Positions 41,364 through 55,700 of a DNA stretch of 64,000 nucleotides are shown here, piece after piece (the stretch's first letter is position 1; each line of letters starts with the position of its first letter). A model generated the notes under the pieces. It saw nothing but the letters and a program-made list of their open reading frames with translations, made no database searches and had not been told where the DNA came from. This DNA comes from the human T2T-CHM13v2.0 reference genome, Homo sapiens. The DNA lies in the NCBI RefSeq assembly GCF_009914755.1, contig NC_060928.1. One strand, given 5' to 3'. Both the position numbers and the translations under genes were made by a program.

Positions 41364-42215
41364 TAGAAAATCAGATGTGTTTAGGGTGGTATCTTACCCC
41401 AGTTAGGATGACTATTATTAAAAAGACAAAAACTAACAAGTTTTGGTGAAAAAGGAAACTCTTATACACTGTTGGTAGAATGTACACTAGCACAGCCATT
41501 ATGGAAAACATTATGGAGTTTCCTCAAAAAATTACAAATAGAACAACCATGTGATCCAACAATCCTACTACTGGGCATTTATCCAAAGGAAAGGAAATCA
41601 GTATATCAAAGTGACATCTGCATTTCCATTATCGCAGCATTTTTCACAATAGGAAGATATGGAATCAACATAGGTGTCCAACAACAGATGAACGGATTAG
41701 GAATATGTGGTATATACATACAATAGAACACTCTTCAGCCACAAAAAAGAATAAAATCTTGTCATTCAAGGCAACATGGATGAAATTGGAGGGCATTATG
41801 TTAAGTGCAATAAGCTGGGAACAGAAAGAAAACAGCACACATTCTCACTCCTATGTGGAAACTAAAAAAAGTTGGTCTTCAGAGTAAAAGGTAGAATGGA
41901 GAAGGCTAGAGGCTGGGAAGGAGAGGAATAAGGAGAGATTTGCTAAAAGGCACAAAATTACAGCTAGATAGGAAGAATAAATTCTACTGTTTCATAGCAC
42001 TGTAGGATGACTGCAGTTAACAATAATATATTATATATTTTCAAATAGCTAGGAAGAGGATATTGAATATTCCCAACACAAAGAAATGATAAATGTTAAG
42101 ATAATGGCTATTCTAATTACCCTGATCTGATCACTACACATTATATCTATTGAAACATTACAATGTACCCCATGAATATGTACAATTATTATTTGCCAAA
42201 TTTTTAAAATAAAAC
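41364..42215 (+). mobile_element. L1MA5-like 3' end
   Basis: ORF2 end and 3' UTR (CAAAATTACAGCTAGATAGGAAGAATAA, CTAATTACCCTGATCTGATCAC); perfect 11-bp TSD AAATCAAGTCA at 41353-41363 and 42216-42226. Confidence 0.88.
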
Positions 42216-42773
42216 AAATCAAGTCAGTAATTATGTGATGGTCTGCATCAATGATAATCCAACTTCATGTGCTCGCAACAGAACTTCCCTTTTCTTCAGA
42301 TATAAACTTTTTTTAAGTTTGAAGGATTAAAAATAAAAGATACCAAAATAATATAACATGAAGTATATAATGTGATGTAATATATAATAATACACCCTCA
42401 AATAATTTTGCCTTTTATTACACTTTCTTTTTAAAAAATAGAATCATCCTATTTCTGCTTTTCCTTTTTAATAAATTTATTTTTAAAATAAATTTTAGAT
42501 TTACAGAAAAATTGAGAGAATAGTACAGAGAATTTTCGTAAACACTACATCAAGTTTTCCCTATTATTAACACCTAATATTGGTATGGTACATTTATTGC
42601 AATTAATGAATCAATGTTGATATAATATTATTAACTAGAGTCCATAATTTTATTCAAATTTCTTTAGTTTTTATCTAATGTCCTATTTCTTTTCCAGTAT
42701 CCCTTCCAGAAAACTACATTTTATTTAGTTGTCATATGACTTTAGGCTGTGAGAATTTATTGGACTTTCCTAT

Positions 42774-43143
<370 letters not shown>

Positions 43144-43245
43144 AGACTTTCCTATTTCTAAAGGTCATCGTAATTTTGAGGAGTAGTGGTCAGGTATTTT
43201 GCAAAATGTCCCTCTATTGATTAGAATGAAATAAATACTATATAA

Positions 43246-46060
43246 AATGGGGGTACAGGTGTTGGATAGACATTCACATTCAAAATGGGAGAAATTAGCC
43301 AAAACAAAGGGGAAGGGACACAGGCCCCACGCAAGTCTAAAATCTAGCAGGGTAGTCATTAGAATCTTATGTCTCCAAAATAATCTCTTTTGACTCCATG
43401 TGTTGCGGGAAGTCAGGGACCCCAAACAGAGGGACCGGCTGAAGCCACGGTGGAAGAACGTGAATTGTGAAGATTTCATGGACATTTATTATTTCCCCAA
43501 ATTAATACTTTTATAATTTCTTAAGCCTGTCTTTACTGTAATCTCTGAACATAAATTGTGAAGATTTCTTGGACACTTATAGCTTCCCCAGTCAATACCC
43601 TTGTGATTTCCTATGCCTGTCTTTACCTTAATCTCTTAATCCCATCATCTTCGCAAGCTGAGGAGGATGTATGTCGCCTCAGGACCCTGTGATGATTGCG
43701 TTAACTGCACAAATTGTTTGTAGAGCATGTGTGTTTGAACAATATGAAATCTGGGCTCCTTGAAAAAAGAATAGGATAACAGCAATGTTCAGGGAACAAG
43801 AGAGATAACCTTAAACTCTGACTGCCGGTGAGCCGGGTGGAACAGAGCCATATTTCTCTTCTTTCAAAAGCCAGTGGGAAAAATATTGCTGAATTCTTTT
43901 TCTCAGCAAGGAACATCCCTGAGAAAGAGAATGTGTCCCTGAGGGTAGGCCTCTGAAATGGCCGCTTTGGGAGCGGCTGTCTTTTATGGTCGCAGGGGTG
44001 GGATGAAATAAGCCCGTCTCCCGTAGCGCTCCCAGGCTTACTAGGATGAGGAAATTCCCGCCTAATAAATTTTGGTCAGACCGGTTGTCTGCTCTCAAAC
44101 CCTGTCTCCTAAGATGTTATCAATGACAATGCATGCCCGAAACTTCATTAGCAATTTTAATTTCACCCCATTCCTGTGGTCCCGTGATCTCGCCCTGCCT
44201 CCATTTGCCTTGTGATATTCTATTACCTTGTGAAGCACTGATATTCTATTGTCTTGTGAAGCATGTGATCTCTGTGACCCACACCCTATTCACACACTCC
44301 CTCCCCTTTTGAAAATCACTAATAAAAACTTCCTGGTTTTGCAGCTTGGGAGGAATCACGGAACCTGCCGGCATGTGATGTCTCCCCCAGACACCCAGCT
44401 TTAAAATTTCTCTCTTTTGTACTCTGTCCTTTTATTTCTCAGACCGGCTGACACTTAGGGAAAATAGAAAAGAATCTATGTGAAATATTGGGGGTGAATT
44501 TCGCCTGATATACATGTCTCATATCCAGGTCACACTGATGCAAGATGTGGGCTCCCAAAGCCTTGGGCAGCTTCACTCCTGTGGCTTTGCAGGGCACAGT
44601 TCCCACACTGCTCTCATGGGCTTGTGTTGGGTGCCTGTGGCTTTTCCAGGTGCATGGTACAAGCTGTCAGTGAATCTACCATTTTGGGGTCTGGAGGATG
44701 GTGGCCCTCTTCTCACAGCTCCACTAGGCAGTGCCCCAGTTGGGGCAACAACTCCACATTTCCTTTTTGCACTGCCATAGCAGAAGTTCTCCATAACGGC
44801 TCTGCCTCTTGCAGCAGACTTCTGCCTGGACATTCAGGCATTTCCATACATCCTCTGAAATCTAGGCAGAAATTCCCAAACCTCAATTCTTGACTTCTGT
44901 GCACCAGCAGGCCCAACACCATATGGAAGCCACGAATGCTTGGGGCTTGTACCCTGTGAAGCAATGGCCTGAGCTGAACTTTAGCCCCTTTTAGCCATAA
45001 CTAGAAATGGAGCATCTAGGACACAGGGCACCAAGTCCTGAGGCTGCACACTGCAGCAGGGCCCTGGGCTTGGCCCACAGAACTATTTTTTCTTCTTAGG
45101 CCTATGGGATGTGATAGGACGGGCTGCCACCTAGATCTCTGACATCCCCTGGATACATTTTCCCCATTGTCTTGGTGATTAACATTTGATCCTGGTTACT
45201 TATGCAAATTTCTGCAGCTAGCTAGAAATTTTCCCCCCAAAATGAACTTTTTCTTTTCTGTTGTATTATCAGGCTGAAAATTTTCCTAACTTTGGTGCTC
45301 TGCTTCCCTTTTAAACATATGTTCTAATTTCAGATTATCTCTCTCAAATTCAGAGTTCCACAGATCTCTAGGTCAAGGCAAAATGCCACCCTTCACTTTG
45401 CTAAAGCATAGCAAGAGTGATCTTTGCTCCAGTTCCCAAGAAGTTTCTCATCTCCATCTGAGACCACCTCAGCCTGGACTTCATTGTCCACATCATTAAC
45501 AGCATTTTGGTCAAAACCATTCAACAAGTTTCAAGGAAGTTCCAATCTTTCCTACATCTTCCTGTCTTCTTCTGAGCCCTCCAAACTGTTCCAACATCTG
45601 CCAGTTACCTAGTTCCAAAGTTGCTTTCACATTTTCAGGTTATCTTTTATACAGTACCCCACTACCTCAGTACTAATTCACTGTATTAATCCATTTTCAC
45701 ACTGCTGTAAAGAATTTCTCTGAGACTGGGTAATTTATAAAGGAAAGTGGATAAATTGAGTTCTGCATGACTTGCAAGGCCTCAGGAAACTTACAGTCAT
45801 GGCAGAAGGAGAAGCAGGCATCTTCTTCACAAGGCAGCAGGAGAGAGAATAAAGGAGGAACTTCCAAACACTTATATAAAATAATCATGAGTTCTCATGA
45901 GAACTCACTCAATATCACAAGAACAGCATGGAGGAAACAGCCCCCATGATCCAACTACCTCCCTCCCTTGACATGTGGAGATTACAGGTCCTTTGCTTGG
46001 CATGTGGGAATTACAATTTGAGATGACATTTGGTTGGGGACTGAGAGCCAAGCCATAACA
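43246..46060 (-). mobile_element. MSTA/THE1D-type MaLR: internal region plus 5' LTR (45682-46060); 3' LTR missing
   Basis: Internal sequence homologous to 48730-50099; LTR TGTATTAATCC...AGCCATAACA. Confidence 0.85.
43401..44510 (+). mobile_element. MER11A/B (HERVK11) solo LTR
   Basis: TGTTGCGGGAAGTCAGGGACCCC start; AATAAA near 44321; end GGTGAATTTCGCCTGATA; 6-bp TSD TCCATG/TACATG; CpGs relatively retained. Confidence 0.93.
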
Positions 46061-46889
46061 GTATGTATTGATGGATATTTGTTTTATATTTGGGGTAATA
46101 GTCATTTATTATTTGGTTGCTCCTATTATTCAAACTTCAGTCAGTTTTTCAGTTGTCTTTTGTGTCCCTTTTATATAAACTCATTACTATAGTTCTTCTT
46201 CCCTCTTTTCCTTCTTTCTTCCTTCTCACTTCTTTACTTTTTGGCACTACAAGATGATTCTTTCTTCTTTTATATAAATCTAGTGCCAGTCTTAGAATCA
46301 ACCATTTCTCCAAGTAGCTTCAATTCTACTTTCTTCATTCACCAATTTATATTTAAGGCAAAAATACTCAACAATTTACTCGTGTAGATAAAATTTGTTT
46401 TTACTGTTGTGTAGTATGCTATTTTATAAATAGGTGATATTTTATGTGTTTCTTTTTCTTGTAGTGTTTGGGATATCGACTAATGTTTATGAGAGACACA
46501 ATTTTGACTATTCTTGAAAATGAGATTTTGAGTACATGTGACTTTTTGAGTACACATTCTCCAACTTATAAATCTAGAAGATAAATTATTGAGTCAGGAA
46601 GTGTGACCATTTTTAATCCTACTAGAAAGTATCTCATTAGATGGTAGAAAGGTTATGCTAATGTACCCTCCTATTGGCAGTTCTAAGACTTCATCATTAT
46701 AAATCCTTGGAATTTATAGACTTTTTGTTTCAACCTGACATGTAAAAAGTGTCTCTTTTTATTTCATTTTGCAATTCCCTAATTCTGGTTATTAAGCATC
46801 TAGGCATACATATTTTAACAATTCCCACTTTCCTTCTGTAAAATTGCTCATTCATTTTCTTAGCAACTTTATTTCAACTGGCTGTTCTT

Positions 46890-47110
46890 GATATATATAT
46901 GATACATTTAAATATACATATTTGTATTATATAAACATGCATAAATATACATATATGTATGTGTATGTACAGAATATATACTAATATATATTTCGTATAT
47001 ATCATTTGTATCATATATATGATATAAACATACATATATATGTGCAGAATATGTAGATATATTAAAATACATGTTTATATATATTTTTATATATATAAAC
47101 ATACATATCT
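46890..47110. repeat. TA-rich low-complexity repeat
   Basis: Read directly. Confidence 0.85.
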
Positions 47111-48180
47111 GTTAGTGTACATATTGTAAAAATATTTTTTCTGTTGTTTACTTATGTTTTACTTTGTAGCACTTTTGTAAAATGTTAAGTTCTATATAGT
47201 TAAATTTAATAAATAACTTTCTTCATGGAATATGACTTTATTTTCCTTGCAAGGGAGAAAAAATGAGCTTAGCAATTATTTCCTATACCATGAATGTCAT
47301 AAAAATTTTCTAGATTTCTAGTAAGAGTTCAAGGCTTTGTTTTTTAAAATGCAGATATTTAAAATATCTAGAACTTATTATGTGTGAAATGAGTATTTAA
47401 TTACTTTTTTTAGTTTAATTTTTTAGTTTAATTACTTTTTTTACTTTTTATTTAAAATTTGTCCTTTCCTTACTTATTTGCATGCTGATTCTGCACATAT
47501 AAATTCCCATATACATATTTATCTGTTTAGAAACTCTTTGTCATGCTACATACATATATTTGTCTATTGTTTTAATATAGCAATTTTATCATACTAATTT
47601 TATTATAGCTTTACAATAATTTCTGAATACTGACAGATTTTGTACCCTCCAATTATCATCCCTTTTCCTAGCACTTCCCTTTATTTTTTATAATTAATTT
47701 ACTAGTATTATTAAATTATAAGTTTGCATATAGATTAGAACTGCCACTTATGCAGTTATATTAATTAATTAATTAATTTTTTTAACTTTTAAGTTCAAGG
47801 GCACATGTGCGGGTTGGTTACACATGTGAACTTGGGTCATGTAGGTTTGTTGTACAGATTATTTCATCATCCAGGTAGTAAGCCTAGTACCCATTAGTTA
47901 CTTTTTCTGATGTCTCTCTCCTCCCACCATCCACTCCCCAATAGGCCCCAGGATGCATTGTTTCTCTCTATGTGTACATATGCTCTCATCAGTTAGCTTC
48001 CTCTTATAAGTGAGAACATGCAGTATATGGTTGTCTGATCTTGTGTTAGTTTGCTAAGGATAATGACCTCCAGCTCCATCCATGTCCTGCAAAAAAAATG
48101 ATCTTTTTTTTATGGCTGCATAGTATTCCATGGTATATATGTACTACATTTTCTTTATCCAGTCTATCATTGACGAGAAC

Positions 48181-50447
48181 TGTATTAGAGCATTTTCACA
48201 TTGCTGATAAAGACATACCCAAGAATGGGAAGAAAAATATGTTTAATTGGACATACAGTTCCAGATGGCTGGGGAGGCCTCAGAATCATGGCAGGAGATG
48301 AAATGCACTTCTTATATGGTGACGGCAAGAGAAAATGAGGAAGATGCAAAAGCAGAAACCCCTGATAAAACCATCAGATCTCATGAGATTTAGTTACTAC
48401 CATGAGAACAATATGGGGGAAACTGCACCCATGGTTCAAATTATCTCCCACCAGGTCCCTCCCACAACACGTGGGAATTGCGGGAGTATAATTCAAGATG
48501 AGATTTGGGTGGGGACACAGAGCCAATCATATCATTCTGCCCCTGGCCCCTCCAAATCTCATGTCCTCATATTTCAAAACCAGTCATGCCCTCCCAACAT
48601 TCCCCCAAAGTCTTGACTAATTTCAGCAATAACCCAAAAGTCCACAATCCAAAGTTTCATCTGAGACAAGGCAAGTCCCTTCTGCCTATGAGCCTGTAAA
48701 ATCAAAAGCAAGCTAGTTACTTCCTAGATGCAATGGGGGTACAGGTATTGGGTAAATACAACCATTCCAAATGGGAGAAATTGGCCAAAACAAGGCCCAT
48801 GCAAGTCCAAAATCTAGCAATGCAGTCAAATTTTAAAGCTCCAAAATGATCTTCTTTGACTCCATGTCTCACATCCAGGTCACGCTGATGCAAGAAGTAG
48901 GTTTTCATAGTCTTGGGCAGCTCTGCCCCTGTGGCTTTGCAGAGTATAGCCCCCCTCCTGGCTGCTTTCGTGACTGGCATTGAGTGTCTGAGGCTTTTCC
49001 AGGCATACAATGCAAGCTGTCGATGGATCTACCATTCTTGGGTATGGAGGATGGTGGCCCTCTTCTCACAGCTCCACTAGGCAGTGCCCCAGTAGGGACT
49101 CAGTGTGGGGCTCCAACCCCACATGTCATTTGCACACTGCCCTAGCAGAGGTTCTCCATGAAGTCCCCACCCCTGCAGCAAACTTCTGCCTGGGCATCCA
49201 GTCATTTCCACACATCTTCTGAAATCTAGGTGGAGCTTCCCAAACCTCAGTTCTTGATTTCTGTGCACTCACAGGCTCAACACCAAATGGAAGCTGTCAA
49301 GGTTTGGGGCTTGCATCCTCTGTAAACATGGGCTGAGCTGTACTTTGGCCTCTTTTAGCAATGGCTGGAGTGGCTGGCACGCAGGGCATCAAGTCCACAG
49401 GCTACACACAGCACAAGGACACTGGTCCCAGCCAACAAAATCATTTTTTCCTCCTAGGCTTCTGGGTCTGTGATGGAAGGGGCTGCCTTGAAGACCTATG
49501 GCATGGCCTGGAGACATTTTCCTCATTGTCTTCAGAATTAACATTTGGCTCCTTGTTAGTCGTGCAAATTTCTGTAGCCAGCTTGACTTTTCTCCTCAAA
49601 AAAAGTTTTTTTCTTTTCTATTGCATCATCAGGCTGCAAATTTTCCAAACTTTTATGCTGTTTTCCTTTTAAAATGGAATGCTTTTAACAGCACCCAAGT
49701 CACCTCTTGAATGCTTTGCCATTTAGATTTTTTTTTTTCCATCACATGCCCTAAGTCATGTCTCAAATACAAAATTTCACAACTGTCTAGGACAAGGGCA
49801 AAATGCCATCAGCCTTTTTGTTAAAACATAACAAGAGTCACCTTTGCTTCAGTCCCCAGCAATTTCCTCATCCCATCTGAGACCACCTCAGCCTGGACCT
49901 TATTTTTCATATCACTATAAGCATTTTTGTCAAAGCCATTCAACAAGTCTCTAGGAGGTTCTAAATTTTCCCACATTTTCCTGTCTTATTCTGCACTCTC
50001 CAAACTGTTCCAACCTCTGCCTGTTACCCAGTTCCAAAGTCGTTTCCACATTTTCAGGTATCTTTTCATCAGTGCCCCACTCTACTGGTACCAATTTACT
50101 GTATTAGTCCATTTTCACACTGCTGATACCCGAGACTGGAAAGAAAAAGAGGTTTAATTAGACTTACAGTTCCACATGACTGGGGGGGTTGCCTCAGAAT
50201 CTTGATGGGAGGTAAAAGGCACTTCTTACATGGTGGCAGCAAGAGAAAATGAGGAAGATGCAAAAGCAGAAAACCCTGATAAAATCATCGGATCTTGTGA
50301 GATTTATTCACTACCACGAGAACAGTATGGACAAAACCATCCCCATGATTCAAGTTATCTCTCACCAGGTCTCTCCCACAACACGTGGGAATTATGGACG
50401 TAAAATTCAAGATGAGATTTGGGCAGGGACACAGCCAAACCATATCA
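48181..50447 (-). mobile_element. Full-length THE1A MaLR element (LTRs 48181-48534 and 50100-50447)
   Basis: Two homologous LTRs share GCAAGAGAAAATGAGGAAGATGCAAAAGCAGAAA; about 1.56 kb internal; degenerate TSD AGAAC/GGAAT. Confidence 0.93.
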
Positions 50448-52367
50448 GGAATTTAGGTTGATTCCACATTTTTGTGAATAGTGCTGTAATGGACATTTGC
50501 ATGCATGTTTATAATAGAATGATTTATATACCTTTGTTTGTGTAACCAGTAATGAGATTGCTGGGTCAAATAGTATTTCTGCCTTTAGGACTTTGAGGAA
50601 TTGCCACACTGTCTTCCACAGTGTATGAACTAATTTACACTCCCACCAACAGTGTATAAGCATTCCTTTCTCTCCATGCAGCACCTGTTATTTTTTGACT
50701 TTTTAATAGTAGCCACTCTGACTGGTGTGAAATGGTATCTCATCATGATTTTGATTTTATTTCTCTAATGATCAGTGATGTTGAGCTTGTTTTCATATGT
50801 TTGTTGGCTGCATGTATGCCTTCTTTTGAAAAGTGTCTGTTCATGTCCCTTGCTAACTTTTTAATTTGAGTGTTTGTTTTCTTTTTGTACATTTAAGTTC
50901 TTTACATGCTGTGGATATTAGACATTTATCAGATGCATACTTTGCAAAATTTTTCTCCCATCATGTAGGCTGTCTGTTTACTCTGTTGATAGTTTCTTTT
51001 GCTGTGCAGAAGCTCTTTGGTTTAAATTGATTCCATTTGTAAATTTTTGGTTTTGTTGCCATTGATTTTGGCATTATCTTCATGAATCTTTGCCCATACC
51101 TATGTCCTGAATGATACTGTCAAGGTTGTCTCCCAGAGTTTTTATAATATGGGGTTTTATTTTAGGCCTTTAATCCATCTTGAGTAAATTTTTGTATATG
51201 GTGTAAGGAAAAGTTTCAGTTTCAATCTTCTGCATATGACCACCAGTTATCCCCGTATGATTTACTGAATAGGGAGGGAATCCTTTCACCATTGCTTGTT
51301 TTTGTCAGGTTTGTCATAGAATAGATAGTTTTAGGTGTGGGGTCTTATTTCTGGGTTCTCTATTTTATTTCATTGGTCTATGTGCATGTTTTTGTACCAG
51401 TACCATGCTGTTTGTTTACTGTAGCCCTGTAGTATAGTTTGAAGTTGGGTAGCATGATGCCTCCAGCTGTGTTTTCTTTGCCTGAGATTATCTTGATTAT
51501 TCAGGCTTTTTGGTTTCTTGTTGATTTTAAAATAGTTTTGTTCTGTTCCTTCAATACCTAGCTTATTGAGAGTTTTTAACATGAAGGGATGTTGAATTTT
51601 CTCAAAGGCCTTTTCTGTGTCCATTGAGGTAATCATGTAGTTTTTGTTTTTATTCCTCTTTATGTAATGAATCATATTTATTGATTTGCATATGTTGAAC
51701 CAACCTTGCATCCCAGGAATAAAGCCTTCTTGATCATGGTGGATAAGCTTTTTGATGTTCTGCTGCATTTTGTTTGTCAGTATTTTGTTGAGGATTTTTG
51801 CACTGATGTTAATTAAAGATATGGCTTGGCATTTTCTTTTTTTGTTCCATCTCTGCTAGGTTTTGATATTAGAATGGTGCTGACCTCATACAATGTGTTT
51901 GGCAGGAGTCCCTCCTCATAATTTTTTTTGGAGTAGTTTCAGTAGGAATGGTGCCACCTCTTCTTTGTACATCTGGCAGAATTCAGCTGTGAATCTATCT
52001 GGTCCTGGGCTTTATTTGGTTGGTAGGCCATTTGTTACTGCCTCAATTTCAGAGCTTGTTATTAGTCTATTCAGGGTTTCAATTTTTTTCTGGCTCAGAC
52101 TTGGAAGGGTGTATATTCTCAGGGATTTATTCATTTCTTCTAGATTTTCTAGGTTATATGCATAGAGGTGTTCATTATATTCTCTGATTGTTGATTGCAT
52201 TTTTGTAGGGTCAGTGCTAATATCCCCCTTGTCAATTCTGATGGTGTTTGACTCTTCTCTTTTTTATTTTTCTAGCTAGTGGTCTATCCATTTTTTTTTT
52301 TTTCTCTCTCAGAAAACCAGTTCCTGGATTCATTGATCTTTTGAATGGATTTCATGTCCTCATCTCC

Positions 52368-52719
52368 GGATATGGTTTGGCTGTGTCACCACACAAATCT
52401 CCCTTGAATTGTAAAAGTCCCCATGTGTCAACGGTGGGGCCAGGTGGAGATAATTGAATCATGGGGGCAGATTCTTCTATACTGTTCTAGTGGTACTGAA
52501 TAAGTCTCATGAGATCTGATGGTTTTATAAATGAGAATTCCCCTGCAAAATCTCTTTCCTGCTGCCATGTAAAATGTGACTTTGCTCCTCATTCACCTTC
52601 TGCCATGATTGTGAGGCCTTCCCAGGCACGTGGAACTGTGAGTCAGTTAAACCTCTTTCCTTAATAAATTACCCAGTCTTGTTATGTCTTTATTAGCAGT
52701 GTGAGAACAAACTAATAGA
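52368..52719 (+). mobile_element. THE1C-like solo LTR
   Basis: GATATGGTTTGGCTGTGTC...GAGAACAAACTAATAGA; perfect 5-bp TSD TCTCC at 52363-52367 and 52720-52724. Confidence 0.92.
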
Positions 52720-55700
52720 TCTCCTTCAGTTCAGCTCTGATTTTGGTTATTTCCTGTCTTTTGCTAGTTTTGGGATTTGTTCCCTCTTCTTCTCTAGTTC
52801 TTTCAGTTGTAATGTTAGATTGTTAACTTGAGATCTTTCTAACTTTTGTTGGCATTTAGTGCTATGAATTCTCCTCTTAACACTGCCTTAGCTGTGTTCC
52901 AGAGGTTCTAGTATGTTGTTTCTTTTTTCTCATTAGCTTCAAAGAACTTCTTGATGTCTGCCTTAATTTCATTATCTATCTAAAAGTCACTCAGGAGCAG
53001 ATTATTCAATTTCCATGTTAGTGTATGGTTTTGAGTGAATTTCTTCATCTTGATTTCTAACTTGATTGCACTTTGGTTTTGCATTTGCTGAGGAATGTTT
53101 TACTTTCAATTATTTGGTTGATTTTAGAGTATGCCATGTTTTGATGAGATTTGTATTTTGTTTTTTGCTTTGTGGAGAATTCCACAGATATCATCAGGTC
53201 CATTTGATCCGGTGCTGAGTTCAGGTCCTGAATATCTTTGTTAACATTCTGTCTTAATGATCTGTCTAATAGTGTCAGTGGTGGTATTAAAGTCTTCCAC
53301 TATTATTGTGTGGCAGTCTAAGTCTCCTTGAAGGTCTCTAAGAGCTTGCTTTATTAATATGAGTGCTCCTGTGTTGGATGCACATATATTTAGAATAGTT
53401 AGATGTTTTTGTTGAATTGAACTCTTTACAATTATGTAATGCCCTTCTTTGTCTTTTATGTTCTTTGTGGGTTTAAAGTCTGATTTGTCCAAAACTAGGA
53501 TTGCAATCCATGCTTTAACCTATTTTCCATTTGCTTGTTAGATTTTTCTCCATCCCTTTATTGTGAGTCTATGTGTGTCATTCCATGTGAGATAGCTCTT
53601 TTGAAGACAACGTGCCAATGAGTATTGGTTCTTTATCCAGCTTGACACTCTGTGTCTTTTAATTGGGGCATTTAGCCCATTTTTGTTTAATGTTAATATT
53701 GATATGTGTGGATTTGATCCTGTCATCATGATGTTAGCTGATTGTTTTGTAGACTTGCTTATGTGGTTGCTTTATAGTGTCACTGGTTTGTGTATTTTAA
53801 TATGTTTTTATAGTGGCAGGTAATGGTCTTTTATTTCCATATTTAGTGCTTTCTTCAGGAACTCTTATAAGGCAGATCTAGTGGTAACAAATTTCCTCAG
53901 CATTTGCTTGTCTGAAAAATATCTTTTTCTTCTTTGCTTATGAAGCTTTGTTTGGCTGGACATGGTATTTTGGGTTAGAATTTCTTTTCTTTAAGAATAT
54001 TGAATATTGGCCCCCAATCTCTTCTGGCTTACAGTGCTTCAGCTGAGAGGTCCACTGTTAGTCTGATGGACTTTTCTATGTAGGTTACCTGACCTTTCTC
54101 TCTAGCTACCTTTAATATTTTTTTCTTTTACTTCAACCTTGGAGAATCTAATAATCATGTTTATTGATGATAATCCTTTTCTGAAGTATCTTACCAGAAT
54201 TATCTGCATTTTCTGAATTTGAGTGTGGGCCTCTCTAGTAAGGTTGGGGAAGTTCTCATGAATAATATACTGAAATATCTTTTCCAAGTTGTTCCTTTCT
54301 CCCCATCTTTTTCAAGTACACCCATCAGTCATAGATTAGGTCCTTTTACATAATCCCATATTTCTCAGAGGTTTTGTTAATTCCCTTTTATTCTTTTTTC
54401 TCTATTCTTGTCTGTCTTGTTTCAGAAAGTCAGTCTTCAAGTTCTGAGTTTCTTTTCTCCACTTAGTCTATTCTGCTGTTAATATTTGTGATTGCATTAT
54501 GAAATTCTTGTAATGTATTTTTCATCTATATCAGATCAATTATGTTCTTCTCTATACTGTCTAGTTTGTCTGTCAGGTCCTCCATTTTTTTGTCATGATT
54601 TTTAGCTTCCTTGCATTGGGTTACAACGTACTCCTATAGCTCAATGAACATTATTCTTCATATTCTATTTCTTTCTTTTCAGTTATCTCAGCCTTAGCCC
54701 AGTTCCAAACCCTTGTTGGAGAGGTAATATGGTCATTTGGAGGCAAAAAGGCACTCTGGCTTTTCGAGTTTTCAGCGTTCTTGCAGTAATTCTTTTTCAT
54801 CTTTGTGGGCTTTTCTACCTTCAATCTTTGAGTTTGCTTACCTTCAAAGGGTTGTCTTTTAATCCTTTTGATGACCTGGAGGGTTTGATTGGGGTATAAC
54901 GTGGATTCATCAAACTGGCTTCCTTTCTGGGAGATTTTACTGGGCCAGCGCTCAGCTCCCAACTCCTAAACTGCATACTCTTATGTTGGGGCCTGACTTT
55001 GTTCTCTGGCTGGTCGAGGTTTGGAGACCACTGCAATAGTGGGGGCTGAGGTGCAGCAGCTACAACAGAGTGCTAGTAGATACAGGGGTGCCTGCCTCCC
55101 TGCAGGTGTTTACGGCAGTGGCTCAGGTCAGGTAGCTGTGGGGCAAGCCAGGGTGGGTGGCCCTGCTGGAGAATGTGTGCACTGTCGCACTGGAGGTGGT
55201 GTTGGATTGGTGTGGGGTGCTGGCCAGTGCATGTCTTGGTGTGTTCTCTGTGCCCACGAACAGAAGTGATCACTCAGGGTGTGGGAGGATCTTCTGTTCT
55301 TTGCTTGGTTTTAGTTCAATGGTGGGGCACAGGCATGGGTGAGGTTGGCTGGGTCTGTGCCCACAAAGGTTCCATCTACAATGGTGTCAGCAAGGGTTGG
55401 GTGGGGAGCATACTGTACACCCACATGCTGGTAGGGCAAGTAAAGCAAAACCTGCCTGTGTAGACATGTGTCAGCAAAGTGATGTGGGAAATGGAGTGGG
55501 CTGGGGAAGCTGCAATATGGAGAGGGAAAGTGCAGGTTGGTGTGCAGCCATAGAAACCACCTCATTGGAGCCCTCCACTGGTCAGGTATGGTTTGCTGGT
55601 GCAGAAGCTATGGTGTGAAACCCCAGGCACCAGAGACTGCTGTGTAAGCAGGTGTGGCCAGAATGATTCCCTGGGAGAAACCAGAAGACCAAGGAGTGCT

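Noticed and set aside
44514-49710. Clusters of overlapping ORFs in MaLR internal regions
   Set aside because: GC-richer THE1/MST-int sequence has fewer stops; these are only decayed MaLR ORF remnants.
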